From Blastocatellia bacterium (GTDB lineage: Bacteria; Acidobacteriota; Blastocatellia; UBA7656), in NCBI GenBank assembly GCA_963765495.1, contig CAVXWP010000008.1, forward strand, positions 96,001-160,000: DNA of 64,000 bases. Reading direction: 5' to 3'. Position 1 is the first letter of the stretch. Every line of letters begins with the position of its first letter. Below are positions 11,959-21,591 of this stretch, piece after piece. A model generated the notes under the pieces. That model did no database searches. It was not told the DNA's origin and saw nothing but the letters and a program-made list of their open reading frames with translations. A program made the translations under genes and the position numbers.

Positions 11959-12630
11959 TTGGGAATGAAGCCTTTCAATATGATTAAATCGCCGGAAATT
12001 CCTTATCTGTTGATGGGGGTCTGCGCTTTGCTGATCTTCTGTTTATTGATTGCGACATCAGCCTGCCGGTCATCGAATGAGAGCGATCAGCCCGCCGATT
12101 TGATGGCAGTCAAATCGCCCGTTACGGGTGAGGTGAGGCGAATTCTTGTAGGTGAGGGATTGCCCGTAAACGAAGGCGCGGCAATCCTTGAAATCGCGGT
12201 CAAAGAAGTGACCGATAATACCGGGCAAGGCCAGGCGGGCGCGGAAGCGAGCGCCCGCTCGGCTCTTGCCGCTGCGCAAAAAGAGATAGCCGATGCCGAA
12301 TCCGACAGCGCGCGGGCAGCGGTCGAAGTCCAGCGAGTGCAATCGCTTGTGGCTACGGGGGCCGCGCCTCAGTCGCAGCTTGATGCGGCAAACGCTCAGT
12401 ACCAGCAGGCGCAGGAGCGTCTGCAACGAGTTCGAGAACGCGCTCAGAGCGCGCAGCGGGTACTGACGACTCGTGAGGGAAGCCCCGCAAATCAACCTCC
12501 CCCGGCTCAGGAAAAAATCATCGAGGTGCGCGTGCCCTCTTCGGGAGTATTGCGAGTGCTAAACGCTCGCGTAGGCCAGCGAGTCACCGCCGGACAGACC
12601 ATTGCCACGCTCTCTAAAAATAACCCTTAA
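11959..12630 (+). CDS. Short HlyD/MFP-like lipoprotein (lipoyl halves plus coiled coil)
   Basis: Lipobox IATSAC; VKSPVTGEV...V.EG, helical hairpin, VRVPSSG...VGQRVTAGQ; start uncertain. Confidence 0.7.
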   Translation: MGMKPFNMIKSPEIPYLLMGVCALLIFCLLIATSACRSSNESDQPADLMAVKSPVTGEVRRILVGEGLPVNEGAAILEIAVKEVTDNTGQGQAGAEASARSALAAAQKEIADAESDSARAAVEVQRVQSLVATGAAPQSQLDAANAQYQQAQERLQRVRERAQSAQRVLTTREGSPANQPPPAQEKIIEVRVPSSGVLRVLNARVGQRVTAGQTIATLSKNNP

Positions 12631-12691
12631 ACGTGAACGCTTGACAGATATCTTCATCATCGGTTCGAACGATGATCAACGGAGAAACTAA

Positions 12692-13723
12692 ATGAAATAC
12701 AATCGTCTTGGAAATACCGGCCTGAAAGTTTCTGAACTATGCCTCGGCACCATGACCTTTGGCTCGAACTTTTACAACATAGGCACGCTGGGGCAAGAAG
12801 ACTCTACCCGCATGGTAGCCCGCGCTCGCGATGCGGGGATAAATTTCTTTGACACGGCGGATATGTATTCGTTCGGCGAGTCGGAGAAGATACTCGGGCA
12901 GGCCGTAAAGGATATTGGCGCGACGAGGGAATCGGTAGTCATCGCGACCAAGGTCCGCTCGCCTATGAGCGAAGCCGCGTGGAAAGGTACGGGCGACTTT
13001 AACAACGTCGGTCTTTCGCGTAAGCATATTTTCGAAGCGTGCGAGGCGAGTCTGAAACGGCTTGACATGGATTACATTGATCTTTATCAGGTGCACGGCT
13101 GGGATGTGGTTACGCCTGTAGAAGAGACCTTACGCGCGCTTGATGATCTTGTGCGGGCGGGCAAGGTGCGCTATCTGGGATGCTCTAACTGGACGGCGCG
13201 CCATCTGGCGAAGGGGCTTGGTCTGGCGGGTGCGCACGATTGGAGCGGGTTCGTCTCTTTGCAGGCATACTATTCGCTGGTGGGTCGTGACCTCGAGCAC
13301 GAGCTTCTCCCGCTTTGCGTAGAGGAGGGGCTTGGAGTGCTGCCGTGGTCGCCGCTTGCCGGGGGCTTTCTTTCGGGCAAATACCGCCGCGACAGTGAGC
13401 CGCCGGAAGGCTCGCGCAGGGTTGATTTCGATTTTCCGCCGATTGACCGCGAGCGCGGCTATGATGCAGTAGAGGCGCTCGATCAGATAGCGAAAGTGAA
13501 GGACGCATCCGTGGCTCAGGTTGCGCTTGCGTGGCTGCTCGCTCAGGAGGGAGTGACATCGGTCATCATCGGCGCGAGCAAGATGTCTCAACTCGAAGAC
13601 AACCTGAAGGCTGTGGATGTGGAATTGACCGATGAGGAAGTGGCGCGAATTTCTGCGACGACAGCGCCTGAAAAGCTCTACCCCGCGTGGATGGTCGAGC
13701 GCCAGAACGAGGGAAGAAGATAA
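12692..13723 (+). CDS. Aldo/keto reductase
   Basis: LGNTGLKVSELCLGTMTFG, FFDTADMY, IATK, IDLYQVH, LPWSPLAGG. Confidence 0.95.
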   Translation: MKYNRLGNTGLKVSELCLGTMTFGSNFYNIGTLGQEDSTRMVARARDAGINFFDTADMYSFGESEKILGQAVKDIGATRESVVIATKVRSPMSEAAWKGTGDFNNVGLSRKHIFEACEASLKRLDMDYIDLYQVHGWDVVTPVEETLRALDDLVRAGKVRYLGCSNWTARHLAKGLGLAGAHDWSGFVSLQAYYSLVGRDLEHELLPLCVEEGLGVLPWSPLAGGFLSGKYRRDSEPPEGSRRVDFDFPPIDRERGYDAVEALDQIAKVKDASVAQVALAWLLAQEGVTSVIIGASKMSQLEDNLKAVDVELTDEEVARISATTAPEKLYPAWMVERQNEGRR

Positions 13724-13728
13724 AAGGT

Positions 13729-14121
13729 ATGAAAGCAGAAAGCGGGACGGCTGATTCGATAGAAATCAGGCAGGCGATCAACATCGGGCCACGGGAACGA
13801 ATAAAGCGGCGCGTACTCGGCATAGTGTCTCTGATGGTCGGGGCCGGGCTGGCATTCGCGCTTGTGGCCTATCACGCGCCGGTGTTTGTGCGCCTGCTTG
13901 TTTTCTTCCCCTTGTGGATGGCCGGACTTGGGCTCTTTCAGGCGCGGGAAAAGACCTGAATCGCAATGGCGGCGCGTGGGACGCGCAATATGGACGCGGG
14001 CGAAGAGCCTGTTGAAGATGAGAAATTACTTGCGCGGCTCAGATTGCAGGCCCGTCGTATCCATCGGCGGGCTCTCATCGTAGCCGTTGTGCTGACGCTT
14101 TTGATCTTACTGATTCCCTGA
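13729..14121 (+). CDS. Small membrane protein with in-frame UGA at codon 77 (candidate selenoprotein, 130 aa)
   Basis: After TGA 13957-13959 the frame continues 53 codons (IAMAARGTRNMDAGEEPVEDEKLLARLRLQARRIHRRALIVAVVLTLLILLIP) to TGA 14119-14121; SECIS-like hairpin follows the UGA. Confidence 0.65.
13960..13990 (+). promoter_or_regulatory. SECIS-like stem-loop
   Basis: Stem GCGCGT (13972-13977) / ACGCGC (13981-13986) with GGG apical loop; 12 nt separate the UGA from the stem and 18 nt from the loop. Confidence 0.55.
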
Positions 14122-14154
14122 TGTGGGTGTAATTGTATGGCAGGAGGTAGAAAA

Positions 14155-14601
14155 ATGTTTAGAGTATCGCGCCGAATACTGGTTCTTGTGATCTGTATAA
14201 TAATCGGCATCATAGCAATTGAGCGCCGCGATAAACCGGCTGTGGCGGCTGATTCACTGGCCGCGCAGGATATATCGAGCCTTGACCGGCGCATCAACTC
14301 TGTCGAGCAACGGATATACTCGATAGAATCGAGCATAAATCAACTTCGCCAGCAAATGATAGATGCCAGGCGTTCGTCATCGTCCCTGTCGTCGGATAAC
14401 CGCGACCCCGAAACAGAACGGCTGCGCCTGGAAGTCGATATGTTGCAGAGGCGTATCGTCGAGATCGAATGCGGACTTGTAAAACTCGACCAGCGGACCC
14501 TGCCTGAGAGCGCCCGTACCGCAAGCAAAGGCGCTGCGGCGGCAAAAGACCCTTGCCGCCAGCAGCCCAATACTCCCGTCCAGCTTTCCAGTAGGCAGTA
14601 A
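14155..14601 (+). CDS. Hypothetical exported coiled-coil protein
   Basis: N-terminal hydrophobic segment, heptad pattern LDRRINSVEQRIYSIESSINQL, two Cys; GGAGG RBS. Confidence 0.75.
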   Translation: MFRVSRRILVLVICIIIGIIAIERRDKPAVAADSLAAQDISSLDRRINSVEQRIYSIESSINQLRQQMIDARRSSSSLSSDNRDPETERLRLEVDMLQRRIVEIECGLVKLDQRTLPESARTASKGAAAAKDPCRQQPNTPVQLSSRQ

Positions 14602-14748
14602 GCAGTAGGCAGTAGGCAGTTATTTTGAAACTGTGATCAGATCCGCGTAAATCCGCCTGCATCCGCGTCATCCGTGGTCTATTTCTACTCTCCCAATTAT
14701 GCAGTGGCCTTTGGACAAATAACCGGCCCTCCTCAACTGCCTACTGCT
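14589..14748. repeat. AGTAGGC heptamer arms enclosing half of the MITE palindrome
   Basis: cagtaggcagtaagcagtaggcagtaggcag, then atccgcgtaaatccgcc...catccgtggtctatttc (about 14641-14685), then actgcctactg. Confidence 0.7.
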
Positions 14749-14836
14749 CTCATTGTATCGCTAACACGCCTCTGATATATTGCTTCGGCTCGCAAGGCGA
14801 TCTTTATTTTCACCACATCGGCGGAGAGGTCGAGCG

Positions 14837-15517
14837 ATGGCCATCAGGCTCACCCTAGTATTAATCGCATACCTGGCAGGCTCGATACCGTTTGGTTATT
14901 TGCTTGTAAAATTCGTATTCACGAGCGGCGAAGATGTCCGGCGGGTTGGATCGGGTGGGACCGGCGCGACCAATGTGACCCGTCGCGCAGGAAAGGCGGC
15001 CGGGCTGCTTACTCTCCTGCTCGATCTGGCAAAGGGGCTGCTGGTCGTCTTGTTGATGAAACAGGTGGCCCCGGATGATTATCTGTGGATAGGCGCTACC
15101 GGCGTTGCCGTGATGATCGGCCATATCTTTCCCCTCTTTCTCCGATTTCGCGGCGGCAAAGGCGTAGCAACAGGGCTAGGCGTCTTTCTCGCCGTTGCGC
15201 CTTATTCCGTGCTCGGCGCGCTCGCAATCTGGGCCATCGTTGTTTTCCTAACCCGTTACGTATCGCTTGGCTCTATAGCCGCAGCGGCCACGCTGCCACT
15301 GTGGACATGGATTTTTTATGGATTGATACAACCTGGCCCTGATGTCTGGAATCGCTTTATCATCACGCTGATTTGTGGCGCGCTCGTCATAGCCAAACAT
15401 CACGAGAATATCAATCGTCTGATTCACGGAAAGGAAAGCAGGTTTGGCTTTGGATCGGGTTCTGCCAAACAGACGGAGTCGAGCAACAGGGCGGTGAGCG
15501 GGGAAACAGGACGATGA
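14837..15517 (+). CDS. plsY: Glycerol-3-phosphate 1-O-acyltransferase
   Basis: YLAGSIPFG, GSGGTGATN, DLAKG, GHIFPLFLRFRGGKGVAT, KHHENINRL. Confidence 0.95.
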   Translation: MAIRLTLVLIAYLAGSIPFGYLLVKFVFTSGEDVRRVGSGGTGATNVTRRAGKAAGLLTLLLDLAKGLLVVLLMKQVAPDDYLWIGATGVAVMIGHIFPLFLRFRGGKGVATGLGVFLAVAPYSVLGALAIWAIVVFLTRYVSLGSIAAAATLPLWTWIFYGLIQPGPDVWNRFIITLICGALVIAKHHENINRLIHGKESRFGFGSGSAKQTESSNRAVSGETGR

Positions 15518-16539
15518 ATGATCGACGGGCTTCACACGGTTCGAAGCGAGTGGCCGTCATCGGCGCGGGAAGCTGGGGCACGGCGCTGGCAATGGCGGCA
15601 AGCCGTAACCGGCACGAAGTCCGCCTCTGGGCGCGTGAACCTGATATCGCGCGGGGAATTGAAATCTCGCATAGGAACCCGTTCTATCTTTCGGATTTCG
15701 AACTCCCGGAAAACATCAGCGCAACCACCTCGCTCGAAGAGGCGCTTGAGGGGGCCGCCGTCGCGTTGATCGTGATTCCGTCACATGCCATGCGCGAGAT
15801 GGTCGGGCGAATCAGTGACCACCTCGCCCCTGAGACAATAATTGTGAGCGCGGCAAAGGGAGTTGAAAACGGCACACTCATGCGGATGTCGGAAGTCATC
15901 GCCGACGCATTCGAAGGAAAGGCTGCGCCCGAACCCGTCATCCTCTCCGGGCCGAGCTTTGCCCGCGAAGTGGCGCAGGGAGACCCGACGGCGATAGTCG
16001 CGGCAAGCAGCAATCCCGCTTTGAGTGAATCGCTGCAACGCGACCTCAGTTCCAATCTCTTCCGCGTATACACAAACGACGACGTGGTAGGGGTGGAGAT
16101 GGGCGGGGCAGTGAAGAATGTTGTAGCCATTGCCTCGGGCGTCGTGCGCGGACTGGGGTTCGGCACAAACTCGGTTGCGGCTATAATCACTCGCGGGCTT
16201 GCCGAGATGACGCGACTGGCCCTGGCCAAAGGCGCGCGGGTCGAGACGATGGCAGGGCTCGCCGGTTTAGGAGACCTGGTCCTCACCTGTACGGGCGAAC
16301 TCTCGCGCAACCGCCACGTCGGATTTGAACTGGGGCGGGGTCGCAGGCTCGCCGATATTCTCTCAGAGATGCGTGAAGTCGCCGAAGGGGTGAAGACGAC
16401 GCGCGCAATCTATGAACTGGGTAGCAGACTGAAGGTAGATATGCCGATCACGTCAAGCATTTACGCTTTGCTCTATGAAGACAAGCCCGCCTTCGAAGCA
16501 GCAAACGAGTTGATGGAACGCCCGCTCAAGCATGAGTGA
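15514..16539 (+). CDS. gpsA: NAD(P)H-dependent glycerol-3-phosphate dehydrogenase
   Basis: GAGSWGTALA, LSGPSFA, GGAVKNV, GLAGLGDLVLTC, SRN; ATGA overlap with plsY. Confidence 0.96.
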   Translation: MNDRRASHGSKRVAVIGAGSWGTALAMAASRNRHEVRLWAREPDIARGIEISHRNPFYLSDFELPENISATTSLEEALEGAAVALIVIPSHAMREMVGRISDHLAPETIIVSAAKGVENGTLMRMSEVIADAFEGKAAPEPVILSGPSFAREVAQGDPTAIVAASSNPALSESLQRDLSSNLFRVYTNDDVVGVEMGGAVKNVVAIASGVVRGLGFGTNSVAAIITRGLAEMTRLALAKGARVETMAGLAGLGDLVLTCTGELSRNRHVGFELGRGRRLADILSEMREVAEGVKTTRAIYELGSRLKVDMPITSSIYALLYEDKPAFEAANELMERPLKHE

Positions 16540-16648
16540 TCTAAGTGAAGAGTGATGCATGATTCGTGATCCGTGATGCGTGACTTTCAGGCGGTCCGCA
16601 GGGTTTCGATAATTTGTATGTCTCACGAATCACGAATCACGCATCACT
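16536..16648. repeat. Heptamer-armed palindromic element, 37-bp core
   Basis: (GTGATnC)n arm, core 16585-16621, (CACGAAT)n arm. Confidence 0.85.
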
Positions 16649-16677
16649 CCACACGCATCTGACTCAGAAATGACCAT

Positions 16678-17961
16678 ATGCCAAGACCAAAAGGTAGAAC
16701 GGCTCCATTATTTTCCCCTCAACCGCCGGAACGAAGGTCGCCGTTCTGGTGGGCTCGCTATGTTCCCGCTGTTATCCTCGCAATCCTGACGCTCGACTTC
16801 ATATACGTAGTCGGTAGCGTGGCGCTAGTGCCCGTTCTTGCATCGTTTGCGCTCGCCTATTTGCTGAATCCGCTCGTCAACAGAGGAGTAAAGCGCGGGA
16901 TGTCGCGCCCTGTGGCAACATTGACCGCAATGTTGAGCGTCCTGCTTATCGGCGTTGCCATCCTTATGTTTATAATCCCGAATCTCTGGACCGAGACCAT
17001 CGAAGCGGGGCAAAAACTTCTCTCCTACCTGACGCCTGATAATGCGCGGAGAGTCCGCTCTGCGCTGCGGCGCATCTCACCGATGCTCGACCGCATCGCG
17101 GGCAAGCCCGTTGAAGCATTCTTCAATGACCCGGCCCAGGCGCTTGGCTCAGGTGAGGTTCTTGCGGGCGGAATGACCGGCTTTTTCTCGACCGCTGCGG
17201 CCTCGCTAGACCTGCTGCTTGTGCCGTTCTTTGTCTATTACATACTGGTAGATTTTACAAAGTGGCGCGATTCGATTGAGGATATTATCCCGCCGCGTTT
17301 TCGCGATACCTTTAGCCGCCTGTTTGATGAGGTGGGCCGTATACTCGAAGCCTATGTTCGCGGTCAGTTGTTGATCGCCGTGGTGATGGGCGTGCTTTAC
17401 GCTCTGGGCTTTGCCGCGCTTGGCGTCCCGGCAGGCCCGGGCATTGCGCTGTTGGCGGGGTTCCTAAACACAATTCCCTACGTAGGAACTCTGCTCGGTC
17501 TGCTTATGGCATCGGCATTCACCCTGAGCGAAGGCGGCGGGCTCTGGCGTGTGGGCGGAATCGTCGGCGTCTTTGCAATAGTTCAGAGTATAGAAGGATA
17601 CATCCTGACTCCTCGCATACTTGGCACGCGCCTGAGCCTGCATCCGATGGCCGTGCTTCTTGGGATTTTGATCGGTGGTAAACTTTTTGGGCTTCTTGGA
17701 ATAGTTCTGGCCGTTCCCACGATAGCCGTGGCAAAAGTGTTCATGAAATTCCTGCGAGAGATATACAGAGGGTCGCATTTCTATCACAACGGAGCGATAA
17801 GCGCCGAAGAGGCGCCAAACGAAATCCTCGAAGAGAGGCTTGCCGATGCCGCAGATTCTGTGCTGGCCGAACAGGTTAGCGAAGAGACGGGCGAGGAACT
17901 TCTCGCGACCGATGAAGCGGAGGATGATCGAATCGCCCAGGTGACGCCGAAAAAGATGTGA
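16678..17961 (+). CDS. AI-2E family transporter (PerM-like)
   Basis: AYLLNPLV, YVRGQL, IPYVG, QSIEGYILTPRILG...LHP. Confidence 0.92.
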   Translation: MPRPKGRTAPLFSPQPPERRSPFWWARYVPAVILAILTLDFIYVVGSVALVPVLASFALAYLLNPLVNRGVKRGMSRPVATLTAMLSVLLIGVAILMFIIPNLWTETIEAGQKLLSYLTPDNARRVRSALRRISPMLDRIAGKPVEAFFNDPAQALGSGEVLAGGMTGFFSTAAASLDLLLVPFFVYYILVDFTKWRDSIEDIIPPRFRDTFSRLFDEVGRILEAYVRGQLLIAVVMGVLYALGFAALGVPAGPGIALLAGFLNTIPYVGTLLGLLMASAFTLSEGGGLWRVGGIVGVFAIVQSIEGYILTPRILGTRLSLHPMAVLLGILIGGKLFGLLGIVLAVPTIAVAKVFMKFLREIYRGSHFYHNGAISAEEAPNEILEERLADAADSVLAEQVSEETGEELLATDEAEDDRIAQVTPKKM

Positions 17962-17994
17962 GCTTTATTCAAGCCAGATTGGAGTAACTGCCCG

Positions 17995-19305
17995 GTGCGA
18001 CATTTTTTTAATAGAATCTTTGAAGCCCTCTTCGGGAACTATCGTGACTATACGCTTGAGCATCGTCTGTTCAACACGATAAGCCTGCTCAACGGAGTCA
18101 CGAATATTTTCGGCGCTGTCTATCTGCCTGCATCTCAAACCCACAATTTTCTTCTGCTTCTGCAAACCGGCACGGGAATATTGTTTTTGATCTTTTACTA
18201 TTTCTCTCGCTTTCGGGGCGTGTACCATTTCCTCTACTGGCCTTTTGTCCTGCTCATCCTTGTCTTCCTGTTTGTCAATGCGCTCTCAAACGGGGCCACC
18301 ATGGGCGGAGCGCATTACTACTTTATCCCTGCGCTCGTGATAGCGGTCATTTTGTCAACGAATGCGCGAACCAGATCGATTGCCTTTGCCGTCTTTATCT
18401 CTGCGACCATCGCGCTGCTCTTGATAGAGCGATTTCGCCCGTCGCTCGTAATGCTGCATTTAACACCGGAAGAGAGGTGGTATGATGTTTCGGCAAATTA
18501 CCTGTTTGTAGAGCTTTTTACCGGAATTCTTGTAGTCATACTGATGCGTAACCTGAATCAGGAGCGCAGAAAGTCTGACCGGCTGCTGCTGAATGTATTG
18601 CCTGAGAGCATCGCCAGAGAGCTACAGAAAAATGATCGGGTCAGACCTCAACAATACGACAGCGCGACTGTGCTGTTTTCGGATTTCGTCGGCTTTACCA
18701 AAATAGCCGAATCCCTGACTCCGCAGGAATTGATCGGAGAGCTTGATACCTGCTTTCGAAATTTCGACCGGATTGCCAGAAAGCATAACCTTGAAAAGAT
18801 CAAGACGATAGGCGATGCATACATGGCCGTGGGCGGCATACCCCGGCCCAATCGGACGCACGCAATTGATGCTGTGCTCGTGGCGCTTAAGATCGAAGAG
18901 TTTATGGATGAATTAAAGAAGAAGAAGATGGCCGAAAGCGGCAGGTACTGGCAATTGCGTCTCGGGATACATACGGGTCGGTTGGTGGCTGGTGTGATCG
19001 GGCAGGAAAAGTTTGCATATGATGTCTGGGGAGACACGGTCAATACCGCGAGCCGTCTGGAATCATCCGGCGCACCCGACCGGATAAATATTTCGTGGGC
19101 CACTTACGAGATAGTAAAAGACTTCTTTGATTGCGAATATCGCGGCAAGATTCCAGCAAAAAACAAAGGCGAAATCGACATGTATTTTGTCAACCGCATT
19201 CGGCCCGAATTGTCTGATGATGAAACGGGTACCACGCCAAATCGAAGGTTTCTTGAAATGTATGAATTGATGCGTGATGCGCGAAGAGTGTTACCTGATT
19301 CGTGA
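17995..19305 (+). CDS. Membrane-bound class III adenylate cyclase
   Basis: About 6 TM helices, then LLLNVLP, VLFSDFVGFT, EKIKTIGDAYM, YDVWGDTVNTASRLES; K/D specificity residues indicate ATP. Confidence 0.9.
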   Translation: MRHFFNRIFEALFGNYRDYTLEHRLFNTISLLNGVTNIFGAVYLPASQTHNFLLLLQTGTGILFLIFYYFSRFRGVYHFLYWPFVLLILVFLFVNALSNGATMGGAHYYFIPALVIAVILSTNARTRSIAFAVFISATIALLLIERFRPSLVMLHLTPEERWYDVSANYLFVELFTGILVVILMRNLNQERRKSDRLLLNVLPESIARELQKNDRVRPQQYDSATVLFSDFVGFTKIAESLTPQELIGELDTCFRNFDRIARKHNLEKIKTIGDAYMAVGGIPRPNRTHAIDAVLVALKIEEFMDELKKKKMAESGRYWQLRLGIHTGRLVAGVIGQEKFAYDVWGDTVNTASRLESSGAPDRINISWATYEIVKDFFDCEYRGKIPAKNKGEIDMYFVNRIRPELSDDETGTTPNRRFLEMYELMRDARRVLPDS

Positions 19306-19385
19306 CTTTCAGGTAAGGTGCAGGTTTAGAGTAACCTGCATGTCTCACGAATCACGAATCACGAATCACGAATTACGAATCACGC
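19268..19385. repeat. Heptamer-armed palindromic element, 37-bp core
   Basis: Degenerate GTGAT arm overlapping the cyclase 3' end, core 19307-19343, (CACGAAT)n arm. Confidence 0.85.
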
Positions 19386-19506
19386 CTCGTTGCTTGCGGT
19401 TGACAAGGCAGAGGCAAAAATAGTATTTCAAGTCTATCCCCTTTGCGCCCGGACAGGACATCCCACAAGTGATGCGGGCAAGAGTTCCACGAAACTGGTT
19501 TTAATT

Positions 19507-20403
19507 ATGAATCACCTCACCCAACGTATGATTTCGCTTTGCGCGGCGTTCGTGCTATTGCTCGTGTGGCCGATCAACACCCGGTCGCAATCGGGATTGC
19601 GGCGCGATGCAAGTTCACGGGTTGTACTTTTTGCCGTAAACTCGCTTGACGAGAAATCCTTCTTCATAGCCCCGATTGTCATTGTGGATAGGGGGCGCTA
19701 CATCCAGCCGCCCCCGGGGACCGACCTGCGCGGGGATCGTGACCCGGCATCGGCTCAGTTTGCCGCCTCTTATTTCAAAACGGGCAGGAAATACCGGCTG
19801 CTTTCGGGCGGGGCCGAAGTGGGAACGGCTACCGTCAAACAGCGAAAAGAGATCGCGTGTGCCTCGCTTGCAAGCATCGTTGAAGTTGAGACCGCAGCCA
19901 AGATAGGCGGCGAAGTGCGGGCGCTGGCTACGGACTCGGCTGCGATCGGGCGCAGACGGCGCTCCCGGCGAATGCCTACGATTGACGAGCGCGCCGCTGT
20001 CTTGAAGCTGGCCGAACAGGCTTACCGTCAAAAGAAGGTTCCCGCTGCGTTGATAAAAGAGATCAAGACTATCAACCTTACGGGGTCTGACCTTGACGGC
20101 AACGGAAAAGCCGAGATGATCGGCAGCTATGTCATAAGAGATAGCGCCATACAATACTCGCTTTTCATCGTAGCCGAGCCGGTCGGAAAAGGCTTCAAGA
20201 CGGCGATGGTCTGGTACAGACGGAGCGCGAAGGAGAGGGACCAGCAGGACCGCCGTCTGGTTGACGTGGTTGACCTCGACCGCGACGGCGTAGCTGAAAT
20301 CATCACCGTGACCGTCTATTTCGAAAGCGCCGACTTCACTATCTACAAAAAGCAAAAAGGGCGATGGCGAAGCGTCTATATAGGGGGCGGATACGGGTGC
20401 TGA
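19507..20403 (+). CDS. Secreted hypothetical protein with DxDGxG (FG-GAP/VCBS-like) motifs
   Basis: Signal peptide; DLDGNGKAEMI and DLDRDGVAEII; ends GGGYGC. Confidence 0.75.
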   Translation: MNHLTQRMISLCAAFVLLLVWPINTRSQSGLRRDASSRVVLFAVNSLDEKSFFIAPIVIVDRGRYIQPPPGTDLRGDRDPASAQFAASYFKTGRKYRLLSGGAEVGTATVKQRKEIACASLASIVEVETAAKIGGEVRALATDSAAIGRRRRSRRMPTIDERAAVLKLAEQAYRQKKVPAALIKEIKTINLTGSDLDGNGKAEMIGSYVIRDSAIQYSLFIVAEPVGKGFKTAMVWYRRSAKERDQQDRRLVDVVDLDRDGVAEIITVTVYFESADFTIYKKQKGRWRSVYIGGGYGC

Positions 20404-20463
20404 TCGCTTGCGGGCACGCAATCGATTCAGACAGGTTTATTGAGAAGCCTGTTGCTAAAAGGC

Positions 20464-21189
20464 TCAATCAAGCCCTTCTCGTTGTCGGGTCAACCTGCGC
20501 ATAGGGTCGTCGTAGCCTTCAGGGCCGCGTACCCGCCCCGCCGCGTTCTGTCGCTTGAGAGTGTAAAGCGCCACGAAGGTAAGACCGGCATTAAATAGCG
20601 CGCCTATCAGCAACACTACAAAACCGGGGACCGGCCCGACTGCCGCGCGCGTCAGTAACTCGCCGCTGCTCTGCAAGGGAAGCGGATGGATGATGATCTT
20701 TGCGATGTAACTTATTCCGAGTACCGCAAAAATCCAGGCGTAGTTTCGCCTGAGTCGCCTTCCCGTTGCCTCAAGATAACCGATGTGAAAATGCAGATGC
20801 GCCAGATCGCGCGCAAGCGTGTCGTTCCACCCATCGTCTGTTGTGATGCCTTTGCCTCTGAGCATAGGAACATAGAATCCCACTTCAAGCAATCTGACCC
20901 GCGTGCGCCAGATGTCGAAATAGCGGTACCGACGCCCTTCGATTATCAGGAAGACCAGCACCAGTAGCTCTATCAGTATCAGTGGCAACGGAGAGTTTTG
21001 CGGATTACTGAAGGTGACCGATAAAGCTATGCCCGTCGTAGCTACGGCCCAGTTTGTCGTCGTGTCGAGCCGTGTGCGCCAGATTTTACTCCGGTACATC
21101 TCTCCACGGTAGAGGTGCGCAAGCACTCCCATCTCAGCGGGGGAGAACTCGATTTGTGAGTTCTTGCTATCCGACCTGCTCATTCTCAA
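20464..21189 (-). CDS. DUF2270 family membrane protein
   Basis: AHLYRGEMYRSKIWRTRLDTTTNWA, EGRRYRYFDIWR, RRLRRNY. Confidence 0.88.
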   Translation of the reverse strand: MRMSRSDSKNSQIEFSPAEMGVLAHLYRGEMYRSKIWRTRLDTTTNWAVATTGIALSVTFSNPQNSPLPLILIELLVLVFLIIEGRRYRYFDIWRTRVRLLEVGFYVPMLRGKGITTDDGWNDTLARDLAHLHFHIGYLEATGRRLRRNYAWIFAVLGISYIAKIIIHPLPLQSSGELLTRAAVGPVPGFVVLLIGALFNAGLTFVALYTLKRQNAAGRVRGPEGYDDPMRRLTRQREGLD

Positions 21190-21265
21190 TCCTCCTATTT
21201 TTCAGGTGTGAATATTTTGCAAAGACAGGGCTGATACTACTCCGGTAATTCGGGGCGTTCAAATC

Positions 21266-21487
21266 CCGGGCCATTCAGTTTTTGAGTTTCGGGCATTAGG
21301 CAATGGCCTTGTTGAAGGTTATCTTGAATTAAAGGCGGATGGGAATAGACCGGGACGGACGCGGATCGGGCGGATTTTCGCGGATCTGACTTATTATGAT
21401 CTAATCCGCGTCGATCCGCCCGATCCGTGTCATCCGTGGTCTATTTCTATTATCCTATTCTAGATTTTGGAAGTCTGTGTGGCTTTG
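21266..21487. mobile_element. Degenerate MITE (CAGGG-end family), inverted orientation
   Basis: ccgggccattcagttttt end, internal gaatagacc...ggtctatttc palindrome, decayed far end; no clean target duplication. Confidence 0.65.
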
Positions 21488-21591
21488 ATTTTAATTGGCT
21501 TTATTGCGCGCAATGTTAACAAGGGCTCGCTTTCGGCAATAATCACAGCTATAGTTTTGAAAGTTGTTGAGCCATCGTAAATGCGCGCAAT

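Noticed and set aside
19440-19490. Leader hairpin (GCCCG...CATC...GATG.CGGGC) as a riboswitch
   Set aside because: No match to a riboswitch consensus that I can recognise.
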